From Podarcis vaucheri (lineage: Eukaryota), in NCBI GenBank assembly GCA_965113315.1, contig OZ220369.1: 64,000 nucleotides of DNA; one strand, written 5' to 3'. The notes beneath the pieces were generated by a model. That model saw only the letters and a program-made list of their open reading frames with translations. It did not search any database and was not told where the DNA came from. The position numbers and the translations under genes are program-made. Positions 1-12,572 of the stretch are shown here, in pieces. The first letter of the stretch is position 1, and every line of letters begins with the position of its first letter.

Positions 1-64
1 CCGAGCAATTTGGATTAAAAATGGGTTGAAATTATGAAAGTAACATACAAACAATGGGCTAGTG

Positions 65-705
65 CAGTGTTTCCCAAACGTTTTTGGGCAACGGCACACC
101 TGTTTACTGAAAAAAAATCTCGCGGCACACCACCATTAAAGCCCCGCCCCGTGACGTCAGCGCGCAGCGTCACGCCGGGAGGGACGCACAAAAGTGAAAG
201 TTTTTTCCCTCCCCCTTGCCGGGGAACCTCCAAGCTTTGGGCAGGCAGGCAGGCAGAGCTGGGAAGGGGATTTCCAGGGGACACGGCAGCTCCTCGAAAG
301 GCTTCTCTCAGCTGCGCTCAATCCTCCTCGGAGAGGATTTCCCCTCCAGTCCCATGCCTTCGTTTGGGGCATCGCTCCGGCTGCTCCCTCTCCCGCCGCG
401 CAGGAGCGATGCCTCTCTCTGGCTCTCCCTCCGCGCAGGCTGAGGGAGGGAGGGAGGTGCGCGTGTGACCCGTCTCTGCTGGGAGACCAAACCCAGCGAG
501 GCAGAGTCGCGCGGAGGCGCCCAGGCAGCGCTGCCGGCTGCGAGGAGGAGCGCCAGGCAGCAGCAGGAGGCGCGGCCTCTCCTCGCCGCCGCCGCCCCGC
601 CTCTCGCCGCCCGACTTGCCTGCCTCCCTCCAGGCATCTCGCGGCACACGAGGCAATGTCTCACGGCACACTCGTGTGCCGCGGAACACCGGTTGGGAAA
701 CACTG
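65..705. mobile_element. Non-autonomous hAT (Charlie/Buster-like) DNA transposon with GC/CpG-rich interior
   Basis: TIRs CAGTGTTTCCCAA (65) / TTGGGAAACACTG (to 705); perfect 8-bp TSD GGCTAGTG at 57-64 and 706-713; no transposase ORF. Confidence 0.9.
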
Positions 706-880
706 GGCTAGTGTGGCATAGTGAGTAGAGGGTTGGACTGAGACCTGGATTTAAATTTCTGCTCACCTGTGAAGTTCACCGAGTGACTTCAGTGGGACAC
801 AGTCACTGTCTTTCTTATTCTTCCTTATAACACAGGGTTCCTGTGAGGATAAAATAGGGGGAAAGCCCCATGTACAACTT
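706..880 (+). mobile_element. Degraded tRNA-derived SINE (Squam3/MIR-like); the hAT element sits at its 5' end
   Basis: TGTGGCATAGTG A-box-like and GGATTTAAAT B-box-like motifs; body resembles the copies at 2520-2744 and 14497-14710. Confidence 0.45.
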
Positions 881-2293
881 GTAGACTATGAAGAGTATAA
901 AGGGTAGGCTGCCAAGGTGATAAACAGATGAAGAAGGTGCAATCAGTAAACAAATGAAGAGCTTCTTATATCACTTCAAAGAGAAGGCTTTTTACTAGAG
1001 TCATTTCAAACATTCAGTATCACACATTCAATGCTGTTGTGGTTGAATAATAAGAATATGAATAAGAAGCCACTTTTGCAGAGTGCTTCTGAGACGCTCA
1101 ATACTTTTTACATTGGTGATTTGCAACTTCTGCCCTGTAATGTAAATCAGTATTATTATTCCTCATATTGCAGGTGATGGGTCTGAGGCTGAGGCAGCAG
1201 CTTGCTTGAGACCATCTAGTAAGATAATAAACAGGTGAGATTCAAACTGCAGTCTTATTGAAACAGGAAAGCCCAGTGTTCCTCATGAACTTTCATTGTG
1301 ATCTGTTAGCATGTGTAAGCATGCCTATGGTCTGTAGGATTTCACCTGTACAAATGTGAACTAAAATGTTAAAGAAATTGCATGCAGGGTATGGGTGTGG
1401 GTGTTTGAAACCCCTTCCTGTTCCCAGGAGAAAACAGGCCCAGAGCAGAGTGGAAGTGTCAAAATGGCATGGACTGCAGAACATCAAGCCTCTTTGCAGT
1501 CCTAGAGCTTGAAATGATTATTATTCTATGGGATGCAGTTCAGCTGCATGATCCATGTCAATGCTATAATGGGCAAAGCCCTCTGGAATTAATATCTGAT
1601 GAAGAAATAAACCTGTTAACGGGATAGATTTACAGTATTCAAATTACTATTGATCTCTTCGGCAGCACAACTAATAAAATCCTTCCTTGCACAACCTTCC
1701 ACCTTGTGCATGCTTAAGCAAATTATCTTTAAATAAACAAGGGGGTAGCCACCTCAGGAAAAAATTAAACTATAAATTACAGGATGCTCTCCCTCCCCCA
1801 CCCAGCCCCAGAGAGCAAAACTGAGTTCAAACTTTAATAACAGGATAGAAGTATAGCAATTGCTTTTGATAAATGAAAGCAAAGTTTGACCAAAGTGTCT
1901 CATGATCAAACCAGGAGGCTTCTGAAAAGACAGGATAATTTTGCTCTCCTAGCATCACAGATAGAAAAAAAAATTACAAACAGTCCACATTTCCTGATTC
2001 TATTTGGGCACCATCATATGCAGGGCATACTAGAGGCTGGGAGAGATACTCTATCCCCAAATAACTATGGCGCCCCGTCCGATTCTTTGCACCGGTTGCT
2101 CACATGGTCAATAAGTGTCATTTTGGTATCACTGAAGTTTAACAGTCTTGTACATGCAGAGCAAACACACTCCTACCCCAGTGTTAGCATCTGATGAAAC
2201 TGTCTGCCCTATACAAAAGTTCATACTCTCAAAACCAGTTAGTCTTTTCTAAATCTTTCCCTAAATAATCAACAGCTTGCTACAACAGACTTA

Positions 2294-2517
2294 CAGTGAT
2301 ACCTCGGGTTACATACGCTTCATGTTACATACTCGCTAACCCAGAAATAGTGCTTCAGTTTAAGAACTTTGCTTCAGGATAAGAACAGAAATCGTGCTCC
2401 GGTGGTGCGGCGGCAGCAGGAGGCCCCATTAGCTAAAGTGGTGCTTCAGGTTAAGAACAGTTTCAGGTTAAGAACGGACCTCCAGAACGAATTAAGTTCT
2501 TAACCCGAGGTCCACTG
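2294..2517 (+). mobile_element. Tc1/mariner (Tigger/pogo-like) MITE, short family
   Basis: TIRs CAGTGATACCTCGGGTTA / TAACCCGAGGTCCACTG, TA TSD on both sides, internal CAGGTTAAGAAC repeats; four more copies in the window. Confidence 0.9.
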
Positions 2518-2519
2518 TA

Positions 2520-2744
2520 TTTATTTATTGCATTTCTATCCCACCCATTTCTCTAAGGAGCTCACAGTAACAAACATGGTCCCCCCCCCTCAATTAATGC
2601 CTACAACAACCTTGCAAGGTAAGTCAGGCTAAGAGGCAGCGACGGCCTCAGGGTCACTAGCGAGCTTCATGACTGAGTGTGGATATGAACCCCGGTCTCC
2701 CTAATCCTAGTCCGACACAATAACCACTGCACCACACTGGCTCT
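2520..2744 (-). mobile_element. tRNA-derived SINE (Squam3-like)
   Basis: Reverse strand begins AGAGCCAGTGTGGTGCAGTGG (A box) ... GGTTCATATCC (B box) and ends in an A-rich AATAAATA tail. Confidence 0.65.
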
Positions 2745-4164
2745 TGGCTAGATATGATGGTTTTTAAACTCCTCTTCTGGAAGAGGCAACTATTGAATGA
2801 TCACAACAAACAACATGAATAAATACAGCCATCAGTGAGTTCAAAAGCAAGCATGTGTCAGCTAACATTGCGACTGTGATTATATCACTTTGCATACAGA
2901 AACCTCTGGTGGCGTGTGAAAAATTATTGAACAAGACGGATCATATTCAACAACAGAAATTACAAGGAACATCACAATTCAATGGTTTGCTGAGCTTTCG
3001 TCGGTGGTGGTTTTTTTTTAAAGAGTGACTTTAATTAGACATGTGACTGACAGATTTTTATGGAGATAGACACAGGATACATTAGTAGAAGACAAAAGGG
3101 GAGGGGAGGAGAAAAGCCACCATTAAGCTACAACTGCAGGCAAAACTGACTGAGAGCAAACATGATTGTGCAAGCTTTGCTTACACTAATAAGTGCTCAC
3201 TCATAAAAGCAGGCATTAAGGGCTTTGTTTTTGTTATTTACCACTCTGATAATGCTGTTCGTTACTCCAGGACTACTGCTTACATACCCCTCCTCTTCAC
3301 TGCCCCTACCCCTGTGTCTCTCTCTCTCTCTCCCCCTAAGTCAGGTTTAAATAGAACTTCTTTTAAAAGTGCAAATCACATCATTGTCAGTGGAATGAAA
3401 AGCACAAACAATAACATGAAAGAAGATGGGGGGATTCAGAGAGTCACTTAATAAAACTACTTGTAAATCAGTTCACTGGGAAGTGGCTGCAAAGTTGCTG
3501 TGCAGTGGCGCATATCTCACCTGGGAGCAGGACCACATTTACTATTATGCTAACTATGCTTCAGAGCAGGGCCCCTAGTGTGATGCAATTATGGTGGAGT
3601 TTCCCCACCTTCTTTGCTCTGTATGGGGTCACTTCTTCCTTGGCACCACCACTGCTCTCAATTTGCTTGCCTTCTCACTTTGGGTCCAGTCCAAAACAGC
3701 TGCCCAGAGGGAGAGTGCGAGGCAAATGAGAGGCTCCTGCTCCATCACTTTGCTCTTGCCGTTGTTTGTGTGCTCAGACAGTGCAGGTGAACAGGCAGCA
3801 ACAGAAAGGAGGAGGAGGAGCAGAAAGGATAGGAGGCTCAGTGGGAGGGATTGGTAGTAAACCCCTTTATGGATGCAGCCTTTGACAGGTTTCCAATGAT
3901 GCTGTCTCTGGACGTCAGCCCTTGAAGAAGGGGCCAAGTAATAAGAGCAGCATGCATGATATCATGGGAAAGGTCACCTTTCAGAATGCAGAGGTCAAGC
4001 CCATCCAATCACAAGTATGCATTAATCTGGAGACACTTGCAGGAAGCCAGAGTAGTCCCCCTCCTGTTCAACCTGCAATGGCTTAACTTTTCATTTTAGG
4101 ATGGCTCTGTTGCCTCCACTTGGCTAGGCCATATACTACAAATTCAGCAGCAGTCAGTCAGCTG

Positions 4165-4520
4165 ACCATTGATAAATTCTGGAAGATCCAGGACAGGCAA
4201 AACAAGGTACTCCACACAGTGCATAGTTAAATTCCACTCCCACAAGATGTAGTGAAGGCTACCAACTTGCATGGCTTTATAAAAGGATTAGACAAATTCA
4301 CAGAGGAGAGCCTTATCAGTGACTATCAGCTCTGATGGCTCTGTTCTGCCTTCACTGCCTGAGGCAGTATGCCTCTGAATTCCAATTGTTGGGAATCACA
4401 GATGAGCAGGGTGCTGTTGCACTCAGGTCCTGCTTTTGGGCTTCCCGCAGACAAGGAGCTGGCCACAGTGAGAACTTTTATGGGCCATTAGCCTGATCCA
4501 GCAGGGCTCTCCTTATGGTC
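4165..4520 (+). mobile_element. Old CR1-type LINE 3' end (ORF2 tail plus 3' UTR), degraded
   Basis: ATGGCTTTATAAAAGGATTAGACAAATTC and a 3' UTR ending GCCTGATCCAGCAGGGCTCTCCTTATG; related pieces at 12375-12572 (+) and 62370-62575 (-). Confidence 0.6.
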
Positions 4521-7513
4521 GCATGCCCAAAGTGAACTAGCCACACTGGACTTTCCTGTTCTTAATTTCTTTCCTGAGTCATTATGGACCCCTTCTCCCA
4601 ACCATTCTTTTAAAATAAATACAAGGGTGAATTAATTAGAGGCAGCAGCACTTATTAGATGCTGGATACAGTATGTGAGAGAGGTGGGGAGGGGTCCTTA
4701 AGGCAGATGGGGAGGCACCATAAAAGTTTTTGCTGGCTTGCTTTTATTAGGCTTTGAAGTGCAGTGAGACTAAGAGGTTAGGGGAAATCTGCTATAAGGC
4801 TGCTGCCGTGTGGGATAAAATGCATATATATTAAAGAAAATCCTTCTCTTTTGAAAGGGGAGGGAGAGAAAAACACGTAGCAAGTGCAGTCTTTTAGCCG
4901 AGAAGATTTCCTCTGAAAGGGAAAGCAATGAGGCTAGGAGAGGAATAAATGTTGTAGAAATGACAATCGCTCTTCAGTCAGGGCCCGTGACTGCTCTCAC
5001 TGCTGATAAGATCCAGCATGTGTCAGTTGTCAAGTGTCTCTTGTCACACTTCAATGTGAACTTTATAGCAAAAGGGGGACAAGAGGCAGTGAAGGGGAAA
5101 ATGGCACGGCTCAGAAGGACTTGTGCACTCAGTGTGACTCCATTTCAATTTTATATTCCAGAGGACTTTGTAGGTGATCCCGTGAATGCAATTATTCTCA
5201 CCTAATAAAAGCAACATATGCTAAGACAATTAAAAGATTTTATTATGCACCCATCCATTGTGTTTTATTTTAGACAGCAGGGTGGCAGTGATGGGGTGGA
5301 AGGCTCTTTAAAAGCAAGACACCAGCAAAGCAGAAATGGCCTATAATCAGGCCAGAACAGGGGGAGGGGCAAGGGCCTACAATTCTGAGGGGGTCTACTC
5401 CGAGTCCTGGTAGAGGCAAAGGTAAAGATTATTGAAATGGGACCTACATTTCCCATCTGGTCTGGGCCTAGTACTAGCTTTGCATGGCCCTGCTTATAAC
5501 TTGATAGAAGGATGGATGGATGGGCCAACAGAGAGACAGACAGCATGACCGGGGAAGACTAAGTTGACCCCATCCATTGGCCAGAGAAGGAAGAGTTTCA
5601 GGAACCATGCTCCCATATTCGTCCATACTAGAAAGAACACTTGGCTCCAACGCTCAGTTGCCCTCCAGATTCACACTGGCCTCTGCCACCAGCCAGGAAG
5701 AACGGTATGACACCCACTGGCCAGTGAACAAGCAGCTTGCTCCAATGCTTGCTTTCCCCTCTCCTCCCCTCCCCTTCCCCAACCACTGGGTGAGGCTGAT
5801 AGGTCTTGGATCCAACAACATCTGGAGTAGAATGCTGTTTCAAAGGCTACACAGGAAACCTAGTGCATGACATCAACACAACTTCACTGCAAGCTGGTTC
5901 ACTTGTAACACTAAACCAAACCAGGACTTAACCTGAGCGTGCAGGGGTGAGGGTAGCCAGGGAGATGACATTTCTGTGCTGCTCCTCTAGTCCTCCTCCG
6001 GCTACACTGCATTGAGCTAAGCCATGGTTTGGCATAATGTGTCGTTTAAACCAGATTTGTCTCCCATCAGGAAAACCCACAGACAAACATTGTTTGTCTG
6101 GAGTGAGACAAGCAATGAACCCAGAAACCATGGCAGGTTTCTAATAGAATTGGAGGAGGAGTAAAGCAGCTGTGATCCTTTCTGGGAGTCCACATGCTCG
6201 TGCTGAGCCATAATTTGGCTTAGCATTATGTGTGAACCAGTTCAACAATGTTCAGTTGGCATTGCTAGCCAATATGCAATGTTCAGTTGGCATATCCTAG
6301 CCAATATGCCAGTTGCACTTATTTAGAATTAGATTGCCCAGGTGCTCTGCTGTTAGCCAATGTGGATAATTTTTCTTTCCTGAAACCATAATACTTTCTA
6401 ACAGCTAGTCGTCTTACAGTGCAAAGATCGTCTGATTTTACAGCTGGAGCCTTGCCAAGCCCATTTGAGGTCCAAATCTATATGTATATAAAAGGCAGGA
6501 AGCAGTTTTAAAAGGAAATGCTAACGAGCTTCCTGGGATTTCAGATTTTTAAGGCCCTTGTGATTGAATTTATTTCAATAATTCTTTCCGTAAGGAACGT
6601 GAAATTTGGACATGTCTCCCGGGCACCAGGCAATGCAGCACAAAAGAGGAAGATTCCAGCAAAGAGGGTTATTGCCATCATTACGAATGTGGTAGAACAT
6701 TGGAAACTCGTCAGAAAAAAAGAGAAAGCTATACAATGCTATAACGGCAATGATATCAATATGCTGTGGGAGGAAAAAGCTATAATATCTGCAGCTAGTT
6801 AGGATTTCTGGTTACAGAAGCACTATAAATATTAGCTAAAGGCAAATGTGCTTCTACTAAATTTAATTCAGTCTCTAATATCTGGCCAAGCATTTGGACT
6901 TTTTCCCAGTCTAAAAGAAAATGAATATTATTATTAATAATAGTAACTGCTGATCATATCATAGCATACAACCACTGCATGCTATAGTAGAAAATGCAAA
7001 TATCCTATCCAGCCAGGAAAAACCTTCTGTTTGGGCAGGGAATGAGGTGAATTTGTGTAATACCACATTGTTCATAGGAAGTTGTAGCTCTAAATATCTT
7101 CATACAACAATATAAAGCAATTTGTGGAGTTGTACAATTGACCTAAGTTTGTGTGTATCAAAATCAGAATGAAACCTAGCAGTTTCTAATATTCCTTTTG
7201 CCCCTTACTAGACAAAATGTCAAAGGCTTCCAAAGTAGTAATGAATGAGCAAATACGAGAAACTAATGAATAAACGGTGTACATTCAGGGCCTTACTATC
7301 AACCTTAATATTGCTGGATGATAATAACAGTGATTATGATGATACAAAATAACCACCCTATTTCACAGTATTTTCCCTCACCAGAAGTGTAACTTCGAAT
7401 GGATTTATGTCAGATCTGAAAGGCGATTCACAATTCAATATGAAATGAGCAATGAAGGACAATACAATAGTGAAGTTTTCATCTCTCACTTTGGCCCCAT
7501 CTCCACTACATAT

Positions 7514-8511
7514 TGTTATGAGTTTGGGGTGGGGGAAGTAGGCTGTATGCAGAAACCCTTCTAACTCCTTGATCCAGCATTAAAATATAAGCTAGGCAGG
7601 CTTCCTGTGCTGTGGTGATAGCCTGGGTGATGGGCAATTAAGGGAAACAAAGGACAGCAGATCTGTGTGAGATGGCAAATGGGTCCCCAACCACACAACT
7701 GACTGGTAGTTTAAAAAGGACAAAGGCAAGAGTTGAGAGTTTGCAGTGATGTGACCTGGAAGTAAAGCAGCAAGCTGAAGAGACAGTCAGAAAAACATGT
7801 GAGAGCAATGTTTAATTTCTGTTTGAGTCCAAGGCTGTGGCTATAGGAGAAACAAGACCCTTTAGTGGTGTTAATGCTGTGAACCCCTCCATCATAGGTT
7901 CAGGTAGATATGCAGCGCTTTTTTCTAAAAAATGTTTAGGGGTACTCTCATTTTCCTACTCATATTGAAATACTGCCCCTCAATGAGGCCAAACTTAGAT
8001 TCACAAAATGTTTAGGGGTATGTGTACCCCTGCGTCCCCCTGGAAAACAAAGCACTGTATATATGTGTAAATAACCATATGTCATAAAGACAGTCACCAC
8101 TGTGCCTCATTTCCAAAAGGAAGCACAAACCCCGTGTAAGTGCCTGGGACCCCTGGAATCTTGCGCTGCCTGGAGATGGGATGGTGTGCAACACTGGTGT
8201 CTGAAGCGGGCTTGGTGTTTCCTGGAGGAAGGCCTGTGAGCAAGGTGTGCCTGAGTCGAAATGGAGGGAAGAACAGCAACACTCCTTGAGTGGCTTGAGA
8301 GAATGAAGCAGCAACAAAGCTGGCAGCAGTGCTGGCAGCTGGATAAAATGGAATGGCTGCTGGCAGAGTGGCTGGCTGAAAACTTCTGTGGAGAGGAAAG
8401 CAGGACATCCTTGCTGGATGAAACGCAACAGGTTGAAAGTGATCCAGGAACCTAGCTGCAAGGCACCCAAAAGGAAGGGGTGGTCAAACAGATCCAGAGG
8501 GGCATGCAACA
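7514..8511 (+). mobile_element. Gypsy (Gmr1-like) LTR retrotransposon deletion derivative: LTR 7514-8193, PBS, gag 5' remnant, LTR tip
   Basis: TG...CA ends with 4-bp TSD ATAT/ATGT; TGCAACA at 8187-8193 is followed by TGGTGTCTGAAGCGGG (8195), resembling the tRNA-Leu PBS TGGTGTCAGAAGTGGG; Q/W-rich gag-like ORF 8261-8455; a second TGCAACA ends at 8511. Confidence 0.65.
7913..8057. mobile_element. ~145-bp hAT MITE nested in the LTR
   Basis: TIRs CAGCGCTTT / AAAGCACTG, 8-bp TSD TAGATATG/TATATATG; near-identical copy at 45280-45426. Confidence 0.85.
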
Positions 8512-10099
8512 ATGTTTAAATCACTAGTATGCCACTTTAAAGCAGCCATGCCCCCCCCACCAAAAAAAAAAAAAAGAATCCTGGGAACTGTAGTTTATTA
8601 ACAGCACTAAGTGTTGTTAAAAGATCCCCTATTCCCCTCACAGAGCTACAATTCCAAGAGTAGTACTCTGAGGATAGAGGTCTCCTGACAACTCCCAGCA
8701 CTCTTAACAAAGTACAGTTCTCTAGATTCTTTGGGAGAAGCCATGGCTGTTAAAGTGGCTTTAAATGTGTAGTACTGATGGGCCCTTTATCTCACCAACA
8801 TCTCTGAAAATTTAAAAGTGACCAAATATCACTTTCCTCTTTCTGTTCCTGTGCTTCTGTTTTGCAAGCTAAAATGAATTTGTTTTCACCAACAAAAAAT
8901 CAGCAGCAAAATAAAGCCAAGCACCTCTTTCATTTGAGCATTATGGTGGAATTTAAAGGTAACATTTTGTGTTGTTGTCACTAAACAGCCTTTTGTAAAA
9001 GAGGGGTGGGTGTGTATGAATTATTGTATCTGAAATGTAGATAGTTATAAAAATGGCATTAATTTGCTTAGACCGAGAGATTTTCACAGGAGAGCAACTA
9101 GCAGAAAACATTATGAAAATGTCCAAGAGGACTGGTAATTGAGTTGATTAGTATGACCTTGGTTATGAAGGTAATAGAAGAGTGAATGGTGCTTAGACTG
9201 AGTTATAACCCTGCTCCCTTATTCTGAGATGTAGTGAGGTATGTAATTTGTTCAGGGTGAATCTGAGTCGCCTAACCTCTTCCTGACAAGGTAATACACA
9301 CTTGACTACCGGAGCCTGCCCTGCTGATTCTTTTACCCCAACAGAGTAAACAGAGTGGGGTCAGAGGAGAAAATGATGAACTGTGCTCTTCCCTGGAGGC
9401 TCAAATATGTTAATTTTATCCTCGTAGACACATTCTACTGTCAGACAGTGCTCAGAGAATTAGAAAACAACAAAAAAAGGAATTCCATCTCCAAAGAATA
9501 TCAATAGATAAACACACACACAACTGTCTAGGAATTTAGGCAAAGGAGAATATTTACCCTGGTAGAACTAAATGTTATTCACTGAATGGCTTCTTACATG
9601 TGTTGAAGTAGTCCCTCCTTATTTACCAAGGGCAGTGCTTGATTCTCAAAAATGGTTTCCTACCTATTCCTCAACTGCCCCTCCTTATTTACCAGGTATA
9701 GTCTATTCTTTCTGATACACAAGAACATAATGGGAGTTCTGCTGGATCTGTCAAAAACATGTAAAGTGCATGCTTGTGAGGAAGCCCACAAGAAGGACTT
9801 GATCTCAGTAGAAATCCCACAATCTTCAGCAGTTGGTATTCAGAGATATACTGCATCCAGCACTGGAGGTAATACCTACTTCTCAATTTCTTTGTGTTCT
9901 CTCTATTGTTGCCCATTGTATGAGTTTTTGAATGAGTTAGCAGTGTCACTGAGAATTCTCTAAGTAGCTATTGTCTCTACCATATCCACCCTAGAGAGAT
10001 TTAAGAGAAACATTTGTATATTTAAAATGGTTTCAACATATGCAATTAACTACTTATAGATATGTAACTGTTTTATGTGTGTTGTTATATTATAAATGA

Positions 10100-10446
10100 G
10101 GGACACAGGTGGTGCTGTGGTCTAAACCACTGAGCCTCTTGGGCTTGCTGATCGCGAGTTTGGCAGTTCAAATCTGCATGACAGGGTGAGCTCCCGTTGC
10201 TCTTGCCAACCTAGCAGTTTGAAAGCATACCAGCACGAGTAGATAAATAGGTACTGCTGAGGCGGGAAGGTAAATGGCATTTCCGTGTGCTCTGGCTTCC
10301 ATCACGGTGTTCCGTGCACCAGAAGAGGTTTAATCATGCTGGAAAGCTGTCTGCAGACAAACACTTGCTCCCTCAGCCTGAAAGCGGAGATCAGTGCCAC
10401 ACCTCATGCACAAATTCAACTGGACTTAATCATCCAGGGGTCCTTT
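10100..10446 (+). mobile_element. Sauria SINE (Squam1), diverged copy
   Basis: GGGACACAGGTGGTGCTGTGG head, AGTAGATAAATAGGTAC core, CAGGGGTCCTTTA tail; TSD TTATAAAT(G/C)AG. Confidence 0.9.
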
Positions 10447-11350
10447 ATAAATCAGTTTTGGATACTACATGGGAAATGATGCATACATCAGGGAACACAG
10501 GTAATTAGTTTTGACTTCCACATTTTACATGTTTGCTGTGCAAAACATCAGTGTAACATTGATGCTTCCATGGATGAAACAATTGTGACAGTAGCTCTGA
10601 GCTTACGGAGCCTTAAGGATATGATCCACCATAACATTCTTGTGAGTAAATTCTGTTGAAACAAACGGAAGTGCCATAACAGCTGTGCTTCCATTCATTT
10701 CAGTGAGGAACATACATTAAAAACTTTCCAGTCAATTGTTTAAGACTGCAGTAGAGATTGGTGCTGCATAGAGGTTGAAGGCTGTTTCTGGTTTCACATT
10801 AAAACAAAACTCCACCTAAATAATTTATTGTACTGTATTCTTATTACAAAATATGAAAATGTCAAAATATTGAACTGAGCCAAAGTGGTTACGTTCTGAG
10901 ATTTTTTGCTTTTGGAATGCCTGGAAGCAAATATTCTAAGTGAACTCTTATGGATCTTCAAGATAGAATTTTATTAAGGAGATGATGACAGATCTTCAAC
11001 AGCAACATCATTAGCAGGGATGTTGGAGTACAGTTTAAGAGAAAGCTTTCCAACAACGTTTCAGCAAGAGGTACAATCTGGTACACACAAACACTTCTAG
11101 CCATTTGGATAAAGTTCCCATGAAAATGCTGGAGGACTTTGGAAGGGAGGGATCTGAATTTGCAAATGTGTGTTCAAACGTTTAACACAAAAATGGAAGC
11201 AGCACACAACCCAATAAATTCAGGCAGGAATGGACACCTGCAGCAGTAGAAATTTCCTCTCTATTAAAGTAAAGCTTCAATAAAGTGCCTTACTTTTACA
11301 GATGACAATCATAAGTGTGTGCACGGGGCCTGCCAGGAGTGCCCATTCAC

Positions 11351-11595
11351 TAGGGTTACCAGACGTCCCCGGACAGTCCCCAGATTTGCAAATCTGTCCC
11401 CGGACAAATTCCATCCCCGGAATGTTCCCAGCTTTGCCGTTGCCCAGTTTTTTTTAAAAAAACACACTGTGCATTTATATTTCACAGGGTGCGAAAGAAG
11501 GGCTTTGCACTTTTATACAATATGCATATGTGCTTGGGCCCAGGGTCTTTTGCCTCACTATCCCCACTACTCACTCCCTGTTGCTACTTAGCTTC

Positions 11596-11626
<31 letters not shown>

Positions 11627-11739
11627 TGTGTCCCCGGATTCATTGAAAAAAATCTGGTAGAATCATAGAATCATAGAGTTGGAAGAGACCACAAGGGCCA
11701 TCGAGTCCAACCCCCTGCCAAGCAGGAAAGGTAACCATA
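11351..11739. mobile_element. hAT (Tip100-like) MITE whose right TIR is interrupted by a CR1 fragment
   Basis: TIRs TAGGGTTACCAGA / TCTGGTA[insert]ACCATA; 8-bp TSD CCATTCAC/CCATTTAC; subterminal GTCCCCGG repeats; internal (GA)n. Confidence 0.8.
11660..11729 (-). mobile_element. 70-bp extreme 3' fragment of the young CR1 family
   Basis: GAATCATAGAATCATAGAGTTGGAAGAGACCACAAGGGCCATCG matches 34856-34925 with one mismatch; flanked by GGTA duplication. Confidence 0.9.
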
Positions 11740-12374
11740 CCATTTACACCCAAATGGTTTTTATTTATTTAAACAACAGGAATCAAGGTAATAAGCAGAA
11801 GGGGGAGATGCAGGCAGAATAAAAAGGCTGAAATGGAACTGGACTGGATCTGCAGCTTCTTCCTGTATCTGTCCATTCCAAATCCATTCTAAATTCATTT
11901 CAGGCTATGGGGACACTCCTCTGTTTCAAGGTGGTCTAAATCTGGATTAACAATAAAGAAGCCTAAGAAAAGAAAGAAGGGGGATACCCGAAGCTGCCCA
12001 CCAACCGTTTGTATGTGGATAGCAGATTGAGTAGGCACAAAGCTCACCTGATCACCTTCCTAGCATGGTGAGATGCATTTGGGTGTATCCAATGTTAGAG
12101 TAGATCCACTGAAATGGGCATAACTAACTTAGGTTTCAATGGGTCTATTCTGAGTAAACATTAGTTGTCAACAGCCATTTATTTATTTATTTTATAAATG
12201 TGTCTCTACACATATAAAGAAATTGATTTGTGCAAATCTTTGTCCTCTTTTCCCTGTAATCTACTCTAACTCCTGAAGAGATTTTCCAGCTGTTGAATGT
12301 AGATTTCATACTTTGCTGCAGAGAAATATTTTATTTTATTTAAAAAAGTATCTCTAAGCTGCCTTTTAAGGTAA

Positions 12375-12572
12375 CCACTATGTCCTACCTCCACTGTCAG
12401 ATCAGAGACAGCATGCCTATGGCATACCAGCTGCCGAGAATTGCAAGGGAGGAGAGTGCGACTGCATCTGGGCTTGGAATGTGGGGTTGCCATAGGCATG
12501 TAATTGGCCACTATGAGAACAGGATGCTGGCCCAGACGGGCCTTTGGCCTGACCCTAGCAGGGCTCTTCTTA
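12375..12572 (+). mobile_element. Old CR1-type 3' UTR fragment
   Basis: GGCCACTATGAGAACAGGATGCTGG...GGCCTGACCCTAGCAGGGCTCTTCTTAT, similar to 4340-4520. Confidence 0.55.

Larger units (their letters stand above)
7493..8784. mobile_element. Palindromic MITE-like repeat, split by an LTR-element insertion (pieces 7493-7513 and 8512-8784)
   Basis: Ends GGCCCCATCTCCACTAC / GTAGTACTGATGGGCC; internal inverted AAGAATCCTGGGAACTGTAG / TACAGTTCTCTAGATTCTT; related copy at 41363-41661. Confidence 0.6.

Noticed and set aside
15-766. Cluster of 70-175 aa ORFs on both strands
   Set aside because: Stop-poor GC-rich interior of a hAT MITE; no transposase or other motif
6246-6308. 31-32 bp tandem duplication CAATGTTCAGTTGGCAT...TAGCCAATATG
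   Set aside because: Two copies only; ordinary local slippage duplication
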